NCBI RefSeq assembly: GCF_000142905.1 | Contig: NW_013657626.1 | Coordinates: forward strand, 62,001 to 126,000 | Direction of reading: 5' to 3' | DNA length: 64,000 nucleotides | From: Thecamonas trahens ATCC 50062 | Taxonomy: Eukaryota > Protista > Apusomonadida | Part shown: positions 31,944-44,295 of the stretch, one piece after another | Layout of the letters: each line of letters starts with the position of its first letter | How positions within the stretch are numbered: position 1 is the stretch's first letter | Made by a program: the position numbers and the translations under genes | Notes under the pieces: model-generated | Databases searched by the model: none | Seen by the model: only the letters and a program-made list of their open reading frames with translations | What the model was told of the DNA's origin: nothing

Positions 31944-33509
31944 TCATGGCCCGACCTTGGATGCATACAGACTGTGCGCCACGTAGGCCTTGGAGAGCAA
32001 TTCCTCGATGTCAGTCTCGGTCCAGGTGGCCGTCGGCAGATCCTGCAGGAACATGATGAGCTCTTCGGCTGAGGCCTCGAGCAGGTCATCGACAAAGTGC
32101 AAGAGGAGCGCGCCGCAGACATATACGTGAAAGTCGTTAAAGGCCGATTCGGCCACGTACGTGTCCCACAAACGGACTGCGAGCGGGAGCGGGAACTCGC
32201 GAACAAGAAAGCAGGTCATCCACCGAAAGGCAAACAGCATCATGGAGATGCCCGACTCGGCCAAGTGGGACGCGAGCCTTGGGTTCATCGCCCCCAGCAG
32301 CCGCTCGAGCTTGTCCAGGTTGCGGTAGATGCCCGGAAGGTTGACGATAAAGTTGTCGTGGATAGAGTCGAGCATCTTGGAGAAGCACCAGTACGAGTCG
32401 GCCTCAACCAGCGCCAGTTGCGCCTCGTTCAACTCCGACAAGTCTTCCAGCTGCAGAAGAAGTGCCGTCTGATGGTGCGGGTCGTTGACCGCAATCGCGA
32501 GCTGCGGGACAAGAAAGGTGACAAAGAGTGTTGCCGCCAGGTCGTTCATGCCCTGCACATACCCAGACGCCGGGTTGCGGACCGCCCACGTAAAGAGGAT
32601 ACGCTCGAGCGCCGACTGGATCCGCTCAGCACGGAATATGGCCAGCGACTGCTCCGTTCGCGGCAGGTCCTTTCGGATCTGCGTCATGATCGCGTCCTCC
32701 ACAGACCCAAACGGTGCCTCCAGAAGCGTGTTTGCTGCATCCACATACTCGCGCCGCTTTCGCGCCAGCACCCCAACCCGCCGGTCGGCCCGCGACGGCG
32801 CGTACCCCAGCAGCAGAGCCCAGACCTGCGGCCGCAGCACCGCGGGCACACCAGACCAAGCCAGCGCACGCAGAGCCTCCAGATCGATGATCGGCGCAGA
32901 GAGCAGCGCGTCAAACTTCTGGTTCCGCGCCTTGCTCATGTCTAGCAGCGCAGACGGCAACGCCTCGGGCGGCAGCTCGTGCAGCGTGATCTTGACTGGC
33001 CGCGACGATCGCGGCGAGTCAACCTCACCCTCGTCCGTCTGCGGCACCTGCGGAACCTGCGGCGCGACAACAGCCTGTGGTGTGTCTGCGACCTGTGGTG
33101 CATCTGCGGCCTGTGATGCATCCGCGGCCTGTGATGCGTCTGCGGCCTGTGATGCATCTGCGGCCTGCGGCGAGTCTGCTGCAGCCGGCCGTGGACACAG
33201 CGCCGCCGGCACAACCCGCACCACCCCTGGCGGATGCATGGGCACCGACCAGTGCTGCCTACGGACACTCCGCGTCTTGCGTGTGCTGGGCGCACTCCTG
33301 GCGCCACCAACCTCGCCCACATCCACCGCCTTCTCCCCCGTCTCCACCCCCGTCCCCGCCCCCTGCTCCGTCGCAGGCGCCACGTCGACGAGCGGACCTG
33401 GCTCAACCTCGCCACGGGCAAGACGGGCAAAGACGGAGGCGAGCATGCTGGCGGAGCCCATGCCGCCGGAGCCCACGTCGCCGGAGCACACGGAGCCCTT
33501 ACCGTCCAT
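31944..33509 (-). CDS. TBC1D22: TBC-domain Rab GAP, TBC1D22/Gyp1 family
   Basis: LRALAWSGVP..LRPQVWALLLGY, QIRKDLPRT (Arg finger), WAVRNPASGYVQGMNDL (Gln finger), EADSYWC, FAFRWM.C.L.REF, RLWDTY. Confidence 0.93.
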   Translation of the reverse strand: MDGKGSVCSGDVGSGGMGSASMLASVFARLARGEVEPGPLVDVAPATEQGAGTGVETGEKAVDVGEVGGARSAPSTRKTRSVRRQHWSVPMHPPGVVRVVPAALCPRPAAADSPQAADASQAADASQAADASQAADAPQVADTPQAVVAPQVPQVPQTDEGEVDSPRSSRPVKITLHELPPEALPSALLDMSKARNQKFDALLSAPIIDLEALRALAWSGVPAVLRPQVWALLLGYAPSRADRRVGVLARKRREYVDAANTLLEAPFGSVEDAIMTQIRKDLPRTEQSLAIFRAERIQSALERILFTWAVRNPASGYVQGMNDLAATLFVTFLVPQLAIAVNDPHHQTALLLQLEDLSELNEAQLALVEADSYWCFSKMLDSIHDNFIVNLPGIYRNLDKLERLLGAMNPRLASHLAESGISMMLFAFRWMTCFLVREFPLPLAVRLWDTYVAESAFNDFHVYVCGALLLHFVDDLLEASAEELIMFLQDLPTATWTETDIEELLSKAYVAHSLYASKVGP

Positions 33510-34064
33510 GTTTCCCTCTGTGCTACGCTCTGTACAGTCGGGTGTAGCTGACCGAGATGAGAGCGTGCAAGTGGACCGTCTCTGGCTTCATCATCGCCAT
33601 GACTGTGACCGAGCTCGACCGTATGCTGCTACGCAACGGGTCGGCCAACCAGCCCAACCCCGCATCGGCGGAGCGGCTTTCAATGCGCACCGCTCTCACC
33701 TTCTTCCTCGCCATCGTCAACGTTCTCGCTGGCAAGCCGACAGTCGTCCGGTCCGTCTCCCAAACTCGGTGTGGCGATGGAAGGAAGAGCGCCTTCTCTC
33801 GTTTCGGCGTACCAACCACCGGCTGTCCCGGAGCAAGCGACGGGCGGAAGGAAGGCGGTGAATCGGTACAGCCAGTTGCGCTCGAGACGGGAGATAGAGA
33901 TCAGATCGGTGAGTGGACGCGTCGTTCAAGGGTGGTATCGGCCTTGCCCGCCTCGGTACCTCCCGCCGCGCTGACCTCAGCATGCGCCTGGAGTAACCGG
34001 CGACCACATCGCGTCGCGTGCTGATCGTAACGTGTCTCCTTTAACTACTGACAGTCCTCGCTCG

Positions 34065-37000
34065 CTACCCAAAGAGGAATCCGCTCTCGTGCCATGTCGA
34101 CGACGGGGGCGGCGACGGTTGGACACGGATGACGGTGGGGGAGAGTGCCGATGACGACGAACTGCTGGAGGAAAACGCATGAAGGCCGGATATAGTCGTC
34201 GATGTCGATGTCGACCTGGAGTGGCACGGCGAAAGGCCACCGCCTGCCAGCCGCAAACCGTTCAACGGCGAGACCAGACCGGCTGTCGTGGACGACGATG
34301 ACGACATTGATGAAGAAGGCGACGCCTCTGAGCTTGAATTGGACGACGATGACGACGAGTCGCCTTCGTAGAACCGGTCCGACGACGACGAGCTGTCCGA
34401 GTCGGACGACCACTCGATGCCGAGACCGCTGGCGAGGCTCATGGCAAAGTCTAAAGACTCCCGGTTGATGTCGATTGCGGGCTCAACCGGCCTGACCAGA
34501 CCCCACAGCCGATGGGACGGATCGCAGAGCTCAGGTGCGTCGACAGTGCTCCGAGCCATGCGCACCCGACGGTTCTTAGATGGCGCAAGGCTATCTCCAA
34601 TGGCGGCAAGGTTGTGCAACGCCACCTGGAGTCCTGCTGGATGAGACATTGTCGGCAAGTTGATATTGGCGTCGACTGAGCCGACCGACGAGTCGGAAGG
34701 AAAGCTCATCTCGGACTCTTCCGAGCCCGATGAGACTTCGGATCTGGGCGCAACACGTGCCAAAACAAACAATGGCGTGGTCGGCTGTGATGACGCCGCC
34801 GCCGCCCGCGGCGACGGTTGAAGGAAGAGGCTTGTCACCATCGGCGGCGTGACCAGCGGAACGGAAAGCGTATCCGGCGTCCATCCAAAATCGGAAGGCT
34901 TGTCGACGACCACCGAGAGGCAAATGTCGCTGTCGCCCGAGCTACTCGACGTCGACATCCCGAGCTCGCTGCTCTCGCTCCCAAGCGATGAGATCGAGCG
35001 CCTTGAGACTGGGGCTGGCGCTATCACTGGGCGGTTGCATCGCAGCTGGTGCATGAGCGCCGACTCTGCCCTGGTGTGGACATCGCACTCGATCAGGTCG
35101 ACGAGATCCGACTCGGGCTCGGCCCCGACATTGTCGGGCGCGGCAACGATGTGGTAAAGGCCCCGCCTGCCGAGACCACCAACCCGCTCGTGTCGTGCCA
35201 GAGGATAGAGACAGGGCGTGGCATATTCATGACCTGCACAAGTGCGCCGTTGCTTGAGCTGCGGATCTCGAGGCCGGCCACGCTTGCGCCAACAAGGTAA
35301 GGTCCAAGCTCCACGACTTGCTGCGGCGTGCCGACCCAGTGGACCATGACAGTCGGTTGGGAGCGATCGAGTGCCTCGCGGTCGGCCATGACGCTGACCA
35401 AGCCGTCGAGGACGAGGATCCGCGAGCGAGAGATCGCAAGAACGGCCATGTCACCGTTGGGGTAGTCGGAGGTGGCGATGGTGCGAAGGGTGTAGGACGG
35501 ACCGAGACCGACCTCAAAAACGGCGGTCGGGAGTGTGACGGCAATATGTGACCTGTCGATGGCACTGAGACGAGCTGCGGTGCCCAAGTCCCGTCGGGCC
35601 GCACGTGAGAACCTGTTGTCAATCCACTTGAAGATCCGGAGCTGTGTCTCGCTAACCACAGAGAGGAAGACAGGGTGGTTGGCCTGGTTCGAGTGCGAGA
35701 CGACAACCGAGGTTGAGTGCGCAGTTTGTGGGACGGAGTGGACAAGCCACAGGCCGATCGAGTCAAGAAAGACAAAGCCCACGCCAAGAGCGAGGTCCTT
35801 GAACTTGATGACGGCCACGTTGAGGCACTCGACAACGTGGATCATTGACGCTGCAGCCGTGGTGATGGTTGCCCCAGAATCATGCCCGCCTCCTGCCAGA
35901 TGAATGCCGGAGACGTCCGAGTAGATGATCTGATTCTGCCACATGCCCCAAGCGAGGACTTGGCCCTCCGAGACCATGTCGAGTGGGAGCGCGGTGAGGA
36001 CATCGCGCTTAGGCAGCACAAGCGGCGGTCGATCGGTGGCATCAGTTCCATGGACAGAGAGGCCGCAGACAGGACCAACTTCAAAGCCTACACGGCCCTC
36101 GTTGACAGCAAGGACAGCGGCATCAAGAAGAAGGTCGCGAGTCCGCGTAGCTCGCGAGATGAAGTTGTCAGCTTGACTGCAGCGGACGCACATGCGCGCC
36201 GCGTTCGACGCCGCAGCCAGGAGCGCAGCGGCAGCCACGCTCGGCGAGCCTTCGAGATGCGAGCCTACGACAGCTCCGGTGCCTGAAAGGCAGCCTTTCT
36301 TGGCCGCCAAGGTCAGCTGATACGTGTTGAGACCGTCGGGGGAGACGGCGAGACAGCAAGTCACAAACGAATGCTTGAGCACGTCGACGGAGATCTCGCA
36401 GCCGTCCGAGACCAAGACGATGACGGCGAGCATGGCACTCGCGGTATCCGGTCTGATGATGGCAATGCCGTACTCCGCAAGGGCATCGGCCAGATCGTCG
36501 AAGACTGGGTCGTGGCCCAGCGGCGGCGGATCCACCACGTCGCCGTCAGCGGCATACATCAGCCCGACGCGGCACGCGTCCTCACTCAGCGTCCGCTCGA
36601 TGGCAAGGAGGCGGCGGACAAGGCCGGCTCCCACCACGCACTTGAAGCGGCGCCATTTCGGACCGAGGTTGTGCGGATCGCGTCGGCTCAGCACCGTCTG
36701 CAGATCGCGCCGGAAGGAGCGGAACGAGTCAGGGGCGGCGATGACAAATGGATGCACCACACCCAGGCTCCAGAGAATGGCTCGGATGACGCCAAATCCA
36801 TTCTTGACCTTGGTCGCCTCGCGCTTGAGCGAGACCACGACTGCACCACCCTGCCGTGGCGACAGCGCCGCGACAAAGTTGGCGTGAGCCTGGTTGGCAA
36901 AGTAGCGGCGGTACCAGGCACAGTCGTCAGTATGGTCTTCGGTTGTTGACACCGCGCGCCAGTCAGCAGAGGGGCTATGCGGCGGCAGGAGAGCCCAGGT

Positions 37001-37562
37001 CGAAGATGGCTCCGGCTCGGCAATGAGAGGAGCCGGCGCGACAGACGCCACGGTGCCGTCCAGCTCGCTTGCGAGTGTGATTCTGATGTGGCGGACAGCC
37101 GCTTGACGAAAAACCGACATCCATCGAGCCAAATCATTCAGACCGGGCTGGCGGACGCCGAGCAGAATCGGGTTCTCTGCCACGCCGTCCACCCTCGACC
37201 GCAGCTCGACGCCTGTCTCCCCAAACAACGCGTGGTCAGTCTCAGCCAGTTCGACCTCGGCCAAATCGACGGTGCGGAGGTCGAGTACGATGCTCTTGGA
37301 CTTGCTGCTGGCGCCGATCAAGTATAAAGGCTGAAGAGTGAGAATGTGTCCGCGGACGTATGCAGTGTGCGAGAGCCTGGGTTTAGGGCGAGGGTGTGAG
37401 TGGTGGTTGTGCAAGAGGGCGCAAGGGTTGTGTTGGGGTTCGCGCAACAGAAAAACGTTTCCTGCACGGTTTGTCTGGTCACAATATGTCAACATCAGCC
37501 ACGTACCATTGCTCAGGGCGGCTCTCATTGCAAACGAAAAGGATGCCCGTGGCCGTCCACAT
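34065..37562 (-). CDS. PH + degenerate Rap-GAP + CNH protein (GARNL3-like) with a Ser-rich tail; exon 1 37562-37507, exon 2 from 37376, frameshift at ~35160
   Basis: MWTATGILFVCNESRPEQW|LSHTAYVRG..LARWMSVF (PH-like) across the GTACGT..CAG intron 37506-37377. WYRRYFANQAHANF..VVVSLKRE..RAILW and RVGLMY are RapGAP-like. IFKW and PYLVG..GLEIRSSSNGALVQ are CNH-like. Confidence 0.65.
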
Positions 37563-38121
37563 GGCCGGGAGGGAAGGATGTGAATACGGGAGAACTTCTT
37601 TGTCTGCCCAATGAGTGCGTAGAGGTGGTGAGGGATTGGTAACGCAGGGAGGGGGGATTCGGCAATGTGGGTAGAGGTGTGTTGAATGGCGTGGGGGTCG
37701 AGCCGGCCGTATCCCGTTCTGCCGCAAAACGACTGGGTCGTTGCGACAGCCAATTAGTACAAACGTTACATGTCAACAACGCGCACTCGATTGGTTCGGG
37801 ATTGGGTAGAAGGCAGACGACAGGGTGGTGGGCTGTTTCAAGGGTGACCAGCCCACGAAAAGCATCCTGTGTGCGTTGCGTTTGGCACAGGGTACTTTGT
37901 CGCAAGACTTGCACGGTTGCTCGTCCGGAGGCGGTCATTGAGAGGGAGCGAGCGGGATGCAGGGTTCCTCCCGTGAAACGCTTTTGTCCGCCATGTGGTC
38001 GAGTTATGTGTCAAAAGGTCGAGTTTGATCCGCCGCATCCCGCTTGACTATCGCGAACTGCGCACCACCTCACTCGCGACCAGCTCGCGTTACTTTGTTG
38101 GACGCGCCCTCGCTGTCATCA

Positions 38122-39057
38122 ATGGACGAGGCCGCAGCGGCCGGGTGGGAGACTCTCCTCACCCGGGTCTCCGCCGATCCAGCCGATGCTGGGGCCCGGG
38201 CGGAGATGTTGACATGGCTGGGTGGTGCGGGATCGGGCGTCGAGCCGCAGGCGGCGACGGCAGCGCTGCTGGCGGTGCTCGAAGGGATCGAGGCGCCTGC
38301 GGTCGAGATTGTGACAGCGCTGCTGAAAGCGGGCGCGGGTGCGAATGGCCTGGTTGCTGACGATGACGGCGATGGGCGGACCGGTGACGACGGGCCGCTG
38401 CGGCTGCCGCTGCAGCTGGCTGCCCTGCACGGCAGCGTGGAGCTGGTGCGGGTGCTGGTGGCCGGCGGGGCCGACGTCTGTCGCGCTGCGAGCTTTGGCC
38501 TCACGGCGCTCCACGATGCCGCAAGCTGCAACTATACGACGGCACGGCAGCACAAGAAGTATGCGGCGGTGGCGGAGGAGCTGTTGGCCGCAGGCGCCGA
38601 GGTCGACGCGGCCGACGAGACCGGCGCGACACCGCTGGTGGTTGCTTGCCGGGCCGGCTCGCACCTCCTGGCCGGGACGCTCTTGTCGCACGGTGCGGAC
38701 GTTGGAGGCGGCTCACATAGCTCGGCACACATTCCGCTGATCGCGGCGCTGCTGCCGCGGGCCACACTTGTCGAGCGTCAGACGCTGGTCAAGCTGCTGG
38801 TCCGCAAGTGCGCCGACGTCAACGCCCGGCGCCGCGACCCGGTGCTTCCATTCCAGGGCTCGACGCCGCTAGAGTGCGCGATCTTTGCGGGCCACATCGA
38901 TGCCGCCGAGTTTCTGGCCGCACGCGGCGCCGAGATGGCCCCAAACTCGCCGGCAAGGAAGCTGGTGTGGCCGGATCTGGCTCGGATATTGGCGGCGGAA
39001 CCGGGTGACCGTCGCGCCGTGCTCGCCGACGTGCGCGGGCGCAAGAGCCAGACATGA
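38122..39057 (+). CDS. Ankyrin-repeat protein
   Basis: Repeated PL.LAA..G..E.V..L...GAD units (LPLQLAALHG, GLTALHDAA, GATPLVVAC, GSTPLECA). Confidence 0.9.
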   Translation: MDEAAAAGWETLLTRVSADPADAGARAEMLTWLGGAGSGVEPQAATAALLAVLEGIEAPAVEIVTALLKAGAGANGLVADDDGDGRTGDDGPLRLPLQLAALHGSVELVRVLVAGGADVCRAASFGLTALHDAASCNYTTARQHKKYAAVAEELLAAGAEVDAADETGATPLVVACRAGSHLLAGTLLSHGADVGGGSHSSAHIPLIAALLPRATLVERQTLVKLLVRKCADVNARRRDPVLPFQGSTPLECAIFAGHIDAAEFLAARGAEMAPNSPARKLVWPDLARILAAEPGDRRAVLADVRGRKSQT

Positions 39058-39093
39058 GCGCGAACAGGGTTGTGTCCAGCGTGTGCACGAGAT

Positions 39094-40182
39094 TTACGTC
39101 ATAGGAGGAGGGGCAAGATCAAGGTCGAAGACCGGAAACTCGATGATCTCCTGGCCGGCAAGGCATTCTGCAAGCGAGGCGTCGAGGCGGACGGCGATGC
39201 GCTTGTCCGCCTCGGGAGCATTGGCTGGCACACGGGCCTTGCGGAGCCATGCGCGGACGCGTGGCAGGCTCGCCTGTGCCACACCGTGGCGCTGGAGGAG
39301 CGGACGGACCACATCGCCGACGAGTGCGGTCTCCTCGACCAACGAGGCGTCGACGACTTGGCCGTCGTGCCGCCACTCGACGAACCAGTGGATGTGCTTG
39401 TCCTTGTTGCGGTAATGGGAGCGGTTGGCGATGCGGCGTGATGAGGCGTCGGGCATAAAGTGCAGGGAAATGCCGCGGCGCTTGGCTTCGCGCATGAGGG
39501 CGGCGCGGCCCTTGCGCGGGCCTGCAGTCGGGCGCATGCCGCGTGTCCCGAGCTCGCCGGCCACCACCATCTGGTTGCGCGACCGCTGCGCAGCATCGAG
39601 CGAACGCAGCGCGTCCTCCAGCAGTAAATAGTCGTTGACCACCAGCGCGTCGCTCATGGCGGATCGCGGGACAAACTTGGTTCGATCGCGCTTGCCCGAG
39701 CACCCGGACTCGGCCTTGTGGCGCTTGACGCACGCCACCGAGCATGATCGCACCATGCATCGCGGGCAGGTATAGATGCCTTCACCGCCGCATGCCTCGC
39801 AGGTGTGTGCCGGCGCCTCGCGCTTGCGCTTGCGTGCCTCGCTCTCTGATCCATCACCTGTGACGCCGTTACCATTGGCGCTTGTGGAGGCCGAAGATGC
39901 TGTCGACGTCGATGAGCCTGCATCTGCGGGCACGTGTTCGGGAGCAGGTCCTGCGTGCGGTTCAGCATCTGCAGGCACTTGATCAGGATCCCGGCCTGCA
40001 GGCCCAAGCCCATCCCCGTCTGCGGGGACCTGATCAGGATCCTGGCTTGTGGGCGCGAGGCCAGCGTGCGTGCTGCGGCCAATGTCCCCATCCTCGCCGG
40101 CCGGAACACTGGCGGTGACGTTGCCCAGACTCAGCGTTCCTTGCGACTGTGCGTCCTTACGCACCACCGCAGGCTCTTCCAT
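39094..40182 (-). CDS. ZNHIT6: Box C/D snoRNP assembly factor BCD1/ZNHIT6 (zf-HIT)
   Basis: [66 protein letters not shown]. Confidence 0.92.
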   Translation of the reverse strand: MEEPAVVRKDAQSQGTLSLGNVTASVPAGEDGDIGRSTHAGLAPTSQDPDQVPADGDGLGPAGRDPDQVPADAEPHAGPAPEHVPADAGSSTSTASSASTSANGNGVTGDGSESEARKRKREAPAHTCEACGGEGIYTCPRCMVRSCSVACVKRHKAESGCSGKRDRTKFVPRSAMSDALVVNDYLLLEDALRSLDAAQRSRNQMVVAGELGTRGMRPTAGPRKGRAALMREAKRRGISLHFMPDASSRRIANRSHYRNKDKHIHWFVEWRHDGQVVDASLVEETALVGDVVRPLLQRHGVAQASLPRVRAWLRKARVPANAPEADKRIAVRLDASLAECLAGQEIIEFPVFDLDLAPPPMT

Positions 40183-40405
40183 GACCTATACACGAGCGAT
40201 GGATAGCCCAGGCGCGAGAGAGTGCGGTGTGGCGCTGTATGACGTCAGGCGGCGGAGCAGTCACAAAGGACCGAAGGATGGCCTCGGCGGCCGTCAGTGG
40301 CGGCGAGCGACTCGGTCGGCCGAATGGTCGGCAGGCGAGGCGGCAGGGCAAGCAGGAGGGGGAAGACGGCAGACGGCACGTGGGACGAGGCGGAGGAACA
40401 GGCCT

Positions 40406-43400
40406 ATGAGTGAGACGCCTCCAGCAAGCAGTTTCCGTGGACTTGTGCATGGAGAGCAGGCGGCAGCGGTGGTGGTCTCGGGCAAGCTCTCTCTGTATGA
40501 CCCAGGCAAGGGCGGGTGGCGTCGTCGGTATGCGGTGGCTATCACCGCCGACGGGCGACCTGCCCAGGGTGGCGGGGACGAGGCTGGCAAAGGCGGCAAA
40601 GACAAGGCCGACACCGCGCAGTTCCTGGCTCGCCTGCCCCGTGCTGGCGTCCGCTTGCTCCTATTCAAGTCGGCGGTGGTGGCCACGGCCTCGGTCGACC
40701 TCGTCCTCCCGCACGCTGCACGCATGATCATCGGCCCAGAGCCCGACACCGTGCCTGATGAGTGGCTCACCGACGAGACTCCGCGCCAAGATCTGGTTCT
40801 TCTCGCCCCGCATGATGCCTCGGCCTCCATCCTCCTTGCGCTGCCCAAGAAGCAGCGCGAGGAATGGTCCACCCTCCTGCTTGCTCTTGTCGACTCCGAT
40901 CTTGAGCCTGCTCCTGTGGCCGAGCCTGAGCCTGCTCCTGTGGCCGAGCCTGAGCTTGCTCCTGTGGCCGAGCCTGAGCCTGCTCCTGTGGCCGAGCCTG
41001 AGCCTGCTCCTGTGGCCGAGCCTGAGCCTTCTCCTGTGGCCGAGCCTGAGCCTGCTCCTGTGGCCGAGCCTGAGCCTGCTCCTGTGGCCGAGCCTGAGCC
41101 TGCTCCTGTGGCCGAGCCTGAGCCTGCTCCTGTGGCCGAGCCTGAGCCTGCTCCTGTGGCCGAGCCTGAGTCTGCACCAGAGCCCGAGCCTGAGCCTGCA
41201 CTCGGGCCTGCACCCGAGCCTGCACCCGAGCCCGAGCCTGAGCCTGAGCCTGCACTCGAGCCTGAGCCTGCACTCGATCCTGCACCCGAGCCTGCACCGA
41301 GCCCGAGCCTGGACTTACACCCGAACCCAAGGCCTTCGCAAGCCCTGATCCCAAACCTCCTCCCTCCTCTCCGCCGCCCAAGCCCCGCGCTCCGCCGGCA
41401 AAGCCTCTGCCGCCTCTTGCGCCTCAGCCCCAGCCCGAGCCCGAGCCGGCCAAACGCCGCCGCCAGCTGCCCACGCTCCCGCCCGATCTTCAAAAGAAGT
41501 CGCCTCTGCCGTCCTCGACAGACTCGTCGCCACGCGACACCATCCGCATGTCCATGGCCATCGTCGACTCGGCACCAACTTCTGCGATCATCGACGACTC
41601 GTTCTTCACTGTTGACTCGGCGCCGCAACGGAACCCGGTCGAGTTGCCGCTAACCGGCGAGCCGACCAAGCGCGACCGCCTCGTTTACGAGCTGTACACC
41701 ACCGAGATCACCTACTACAACTCGCTCGCGCTTCTTGTTCACGAGTACATTCAGCCGCTGCGGGGCCTTGGCATTATCACCCGCGAGGAGCTCTCGGCGC
41801 TCTTTGGCTCTCTCGAGCTCATTCACGACCTGCACGGCTCGCTCGTCGACGCGCTCGAGGTCGCCATCACCAGCTACTCGCCGTCGGCCACCATGGTCGG
41901 CTCTATCTTCCTCGACATCATTCCTCTCTTCTCCGAGTACTATCTGCCGTTCTGCGAGGTCTTTGGTGGTGCGCGTGATGTGTGCGCACGACTTCGCGCC
42001 TCGAACGAGCAGTTTGCCTCGTACTTTCTCCAGCGCGTCCAGTCGCACGGCGGGCGCGACCTGTTTTTCTATCTTATCCAGCCCATCCAGCGCCTACCGC
42101 GCTACGAGCTGCTCCTGGTCGAGATCTCGTCCAAGACCAAGTCGAGCCACAAGGACGCCCACGCGCTCAGCACTGCCGCCAACGCCATTGCCGAAGCCAA
42201 CGCCAAAGTCAACGCTCTCCTCGCCGCCGCTCAGGACGCCGCGGGCTCGAAGCGCAAGAAGGCGAGCACGGCGTCCCAAGCCGGCTCGGCCGGCCTTGAC
42301 ATGTACCTCTCCGAGCCCACCCGTCGCATCATCTGGGAGGCGCCGTGCAGCTTGCGTACGCCCGGCCGCTCGCTCTGGGGTGTCCTCTTCAACGACATGT
42401 TTGTGGTCGGCGAGAAAGTGTCGGCCTCGGCCGCTCGCGCCGGCGCGCTCTTCACCGCAGAGCTGGAAACCTCGTTGGAAACAACCTGGGTCGAGGACTT
42501 GCACGACCTCGATCCGTCGACCATCAACAACGATGCCTTTGAGGTCTACACTCCGTCGCGCTCCTACTTTCTCTACGCCGGCTCGTCATCGGCCAAGCAT
42601 TCGTGGATGCGGACGGTGGCCAAGACGATCGAAGCCCACATGGCGCGCGACAAGCTCGACGCACTCATTGTGAGCGCACCCGGTGCCGACGCTGCAGATG
42701 CCGCCGATGCTGCTGACGTCGCCGACGGCTCGCTTCGTCGCGCCACCTACTACTACGACGACGGCTCGCTCTACGACGGCACGCTTCGCTATGGTTCGCG
42801 CCACGGCCGTGGCCACATTTTCTTCCCCTCCAAAGACCACTACGTCGGCTCGTTTGTTGAAGATCAGCGCGAAGGCTCAGGCGTCTTCCGCTGGGCATCG
42901 GGCGCCGTCTACGACGGCGAGTGGCGCGCCAACCAGCCGCACGGCACCGGTGTCTACACCTTTAAGGACATCTCGTACTCGGGTGAGTGGCGCGCAGGCA
43001 TGCGCTCTGGCTCGGGCACCCTCGTCTACGGCTCCATCACCTACACCGGCGAGTTCCGTGACGGTCTCCGCTCCGGCGTTGGCACACTCTCTTCGTCGGT
43101 CTCGCCGCTCCGCTACTCGGGCTCGTGGCTCCGTGACCAGCGGTCGGGCACAGGCTCAGCCGTCTTTGACGACGGCTCGACGTACGAGGGCGAGTGGCTG
43201 GCCGGCGAGCCGCACGGCTCCGGCACGCTTGTCACCTGCGGCGGTACAAGGACGTACATCGGCGAGTTCCGCAACGGCAAGCCGTGGGGCAATGGCGTTC
43301 TCTCGCACTCGTCGAGCCGCAAGCTTGCCTACGATGGCGAGTGGGTGGCCGGCGCCTACCATGGCTCGGGCACGCTTGTCAATGACGACGGCTCGGTCTA

Positions 43401-44061
43401 CACCGGTTCATTCGAGCACGGTCTTCAGAGCGGCAGTGGGCGTCTCGTCACCCCCTGGGGCTACGAGTATGACGGCGAGTGGCTCGCCGGCCGCCCGCAC
43501 GGCACCGGCTCTGTGCTCTATCCCGACGGCTCCACCTACTCTGGCGGCTGGATCTCCGGCAAGCGCTCCGGCAAGGGCACCTGGGAGACACCCTGGGGCC
43601 ACAAGTACGTTGGCCAGTGGGCTTCTGACGTTCGCGAGGGCCGCGGCCGCGAGATCCTTCCCTCCGGTCGCCGCTACGACGGCTACTGGAAGGCCGATGT
43701 CCGCGATGGGTTTGGCGTCGAGGTCGGCGTCGAGAACGACGCAAAGTACTCGGGCAACTGGGAAGGCGGCCGGAGGTCGGGCGAGGGCACCAAGGCCTTC
43801 CTCTGGGGCACCTACTCAGGCAACTGGTCCAAAGGCGTCCGCGAGGGTGCCGGCAAGTCGGTCCTTGCCGGCGGCTTTGTCTATGAGGGCACCTTTTTCC
43901 GCAATCGCCGCGAGGGACGCGGCACCGCCACCGTGCCCACCCCCGACTCGGCCCTTGGCGAGTCGCAGAGCATACCGGTCATGTGCCACGCCGGCCGTGT
44001 TGTCGCTCCCGAGACCTTTGTTGCCGTTGAGCATGACGTCGCCGACCTTGGCGAGTCGTAA
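40406..44061 (+). CDS. PH-like + Pro/Glu linker + RhoGEF (DH-PH) + MORN-repeat protein (alsin-like core); frameshift at 41297-41298
   Basis: DH: [30 protein letters not shown]: [13 protein letters not shown]. Many YxGxW..G..HG.G MORN repeats. The upstream part from ATG 40406 joins with one added C. Confidence 0.88.
40904..41310 (+). repeat. Coding 24-bp tandem repeat (EPAPVAEP, ~11 copies) plus degenerate PE/PA units
   Basis: GAGCCTGCTCCTGTGGCCGAGCCT repeated. Confidence 0.9.
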
Positions 44062-44295
44062 ACCCTACCCTACCCATCACTCTCCGCCCATCCAACTTGC
44101 GCCGTCCATCCGCTCATCATCGTCCGTCACCGCACCGCAGTCCGCCCTGACACCAGTCGGCTGCTCACCAGCCACCGACTGCCTGCAAGCGTTCGGCCAG
44201 AGGCCAACCCTCCCCCTCCCCCCCCCCCTGTCCCGCCCCCCTGCACCTCCCTTGGCACACCCACCTCACCCACCTACCCACCCACCCACACACGC

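Noticed and set aside
33557-34024. 155-aa ORF between TBC1D22 and the GARNL3-like gene
   Set aside because: No motif, and it starts <100 nt from the divergent TBC1D22 ATG. I cannot support it, though it is not excluded.
34065-35054. Separate 329-aa Ser-rich gene
   Set aside because: Its frame extends upstream without a stop (LYHIVAAPDNV...) to the CNH end at ~35160, so it is more likely the tail of the GARNL3-like gene.
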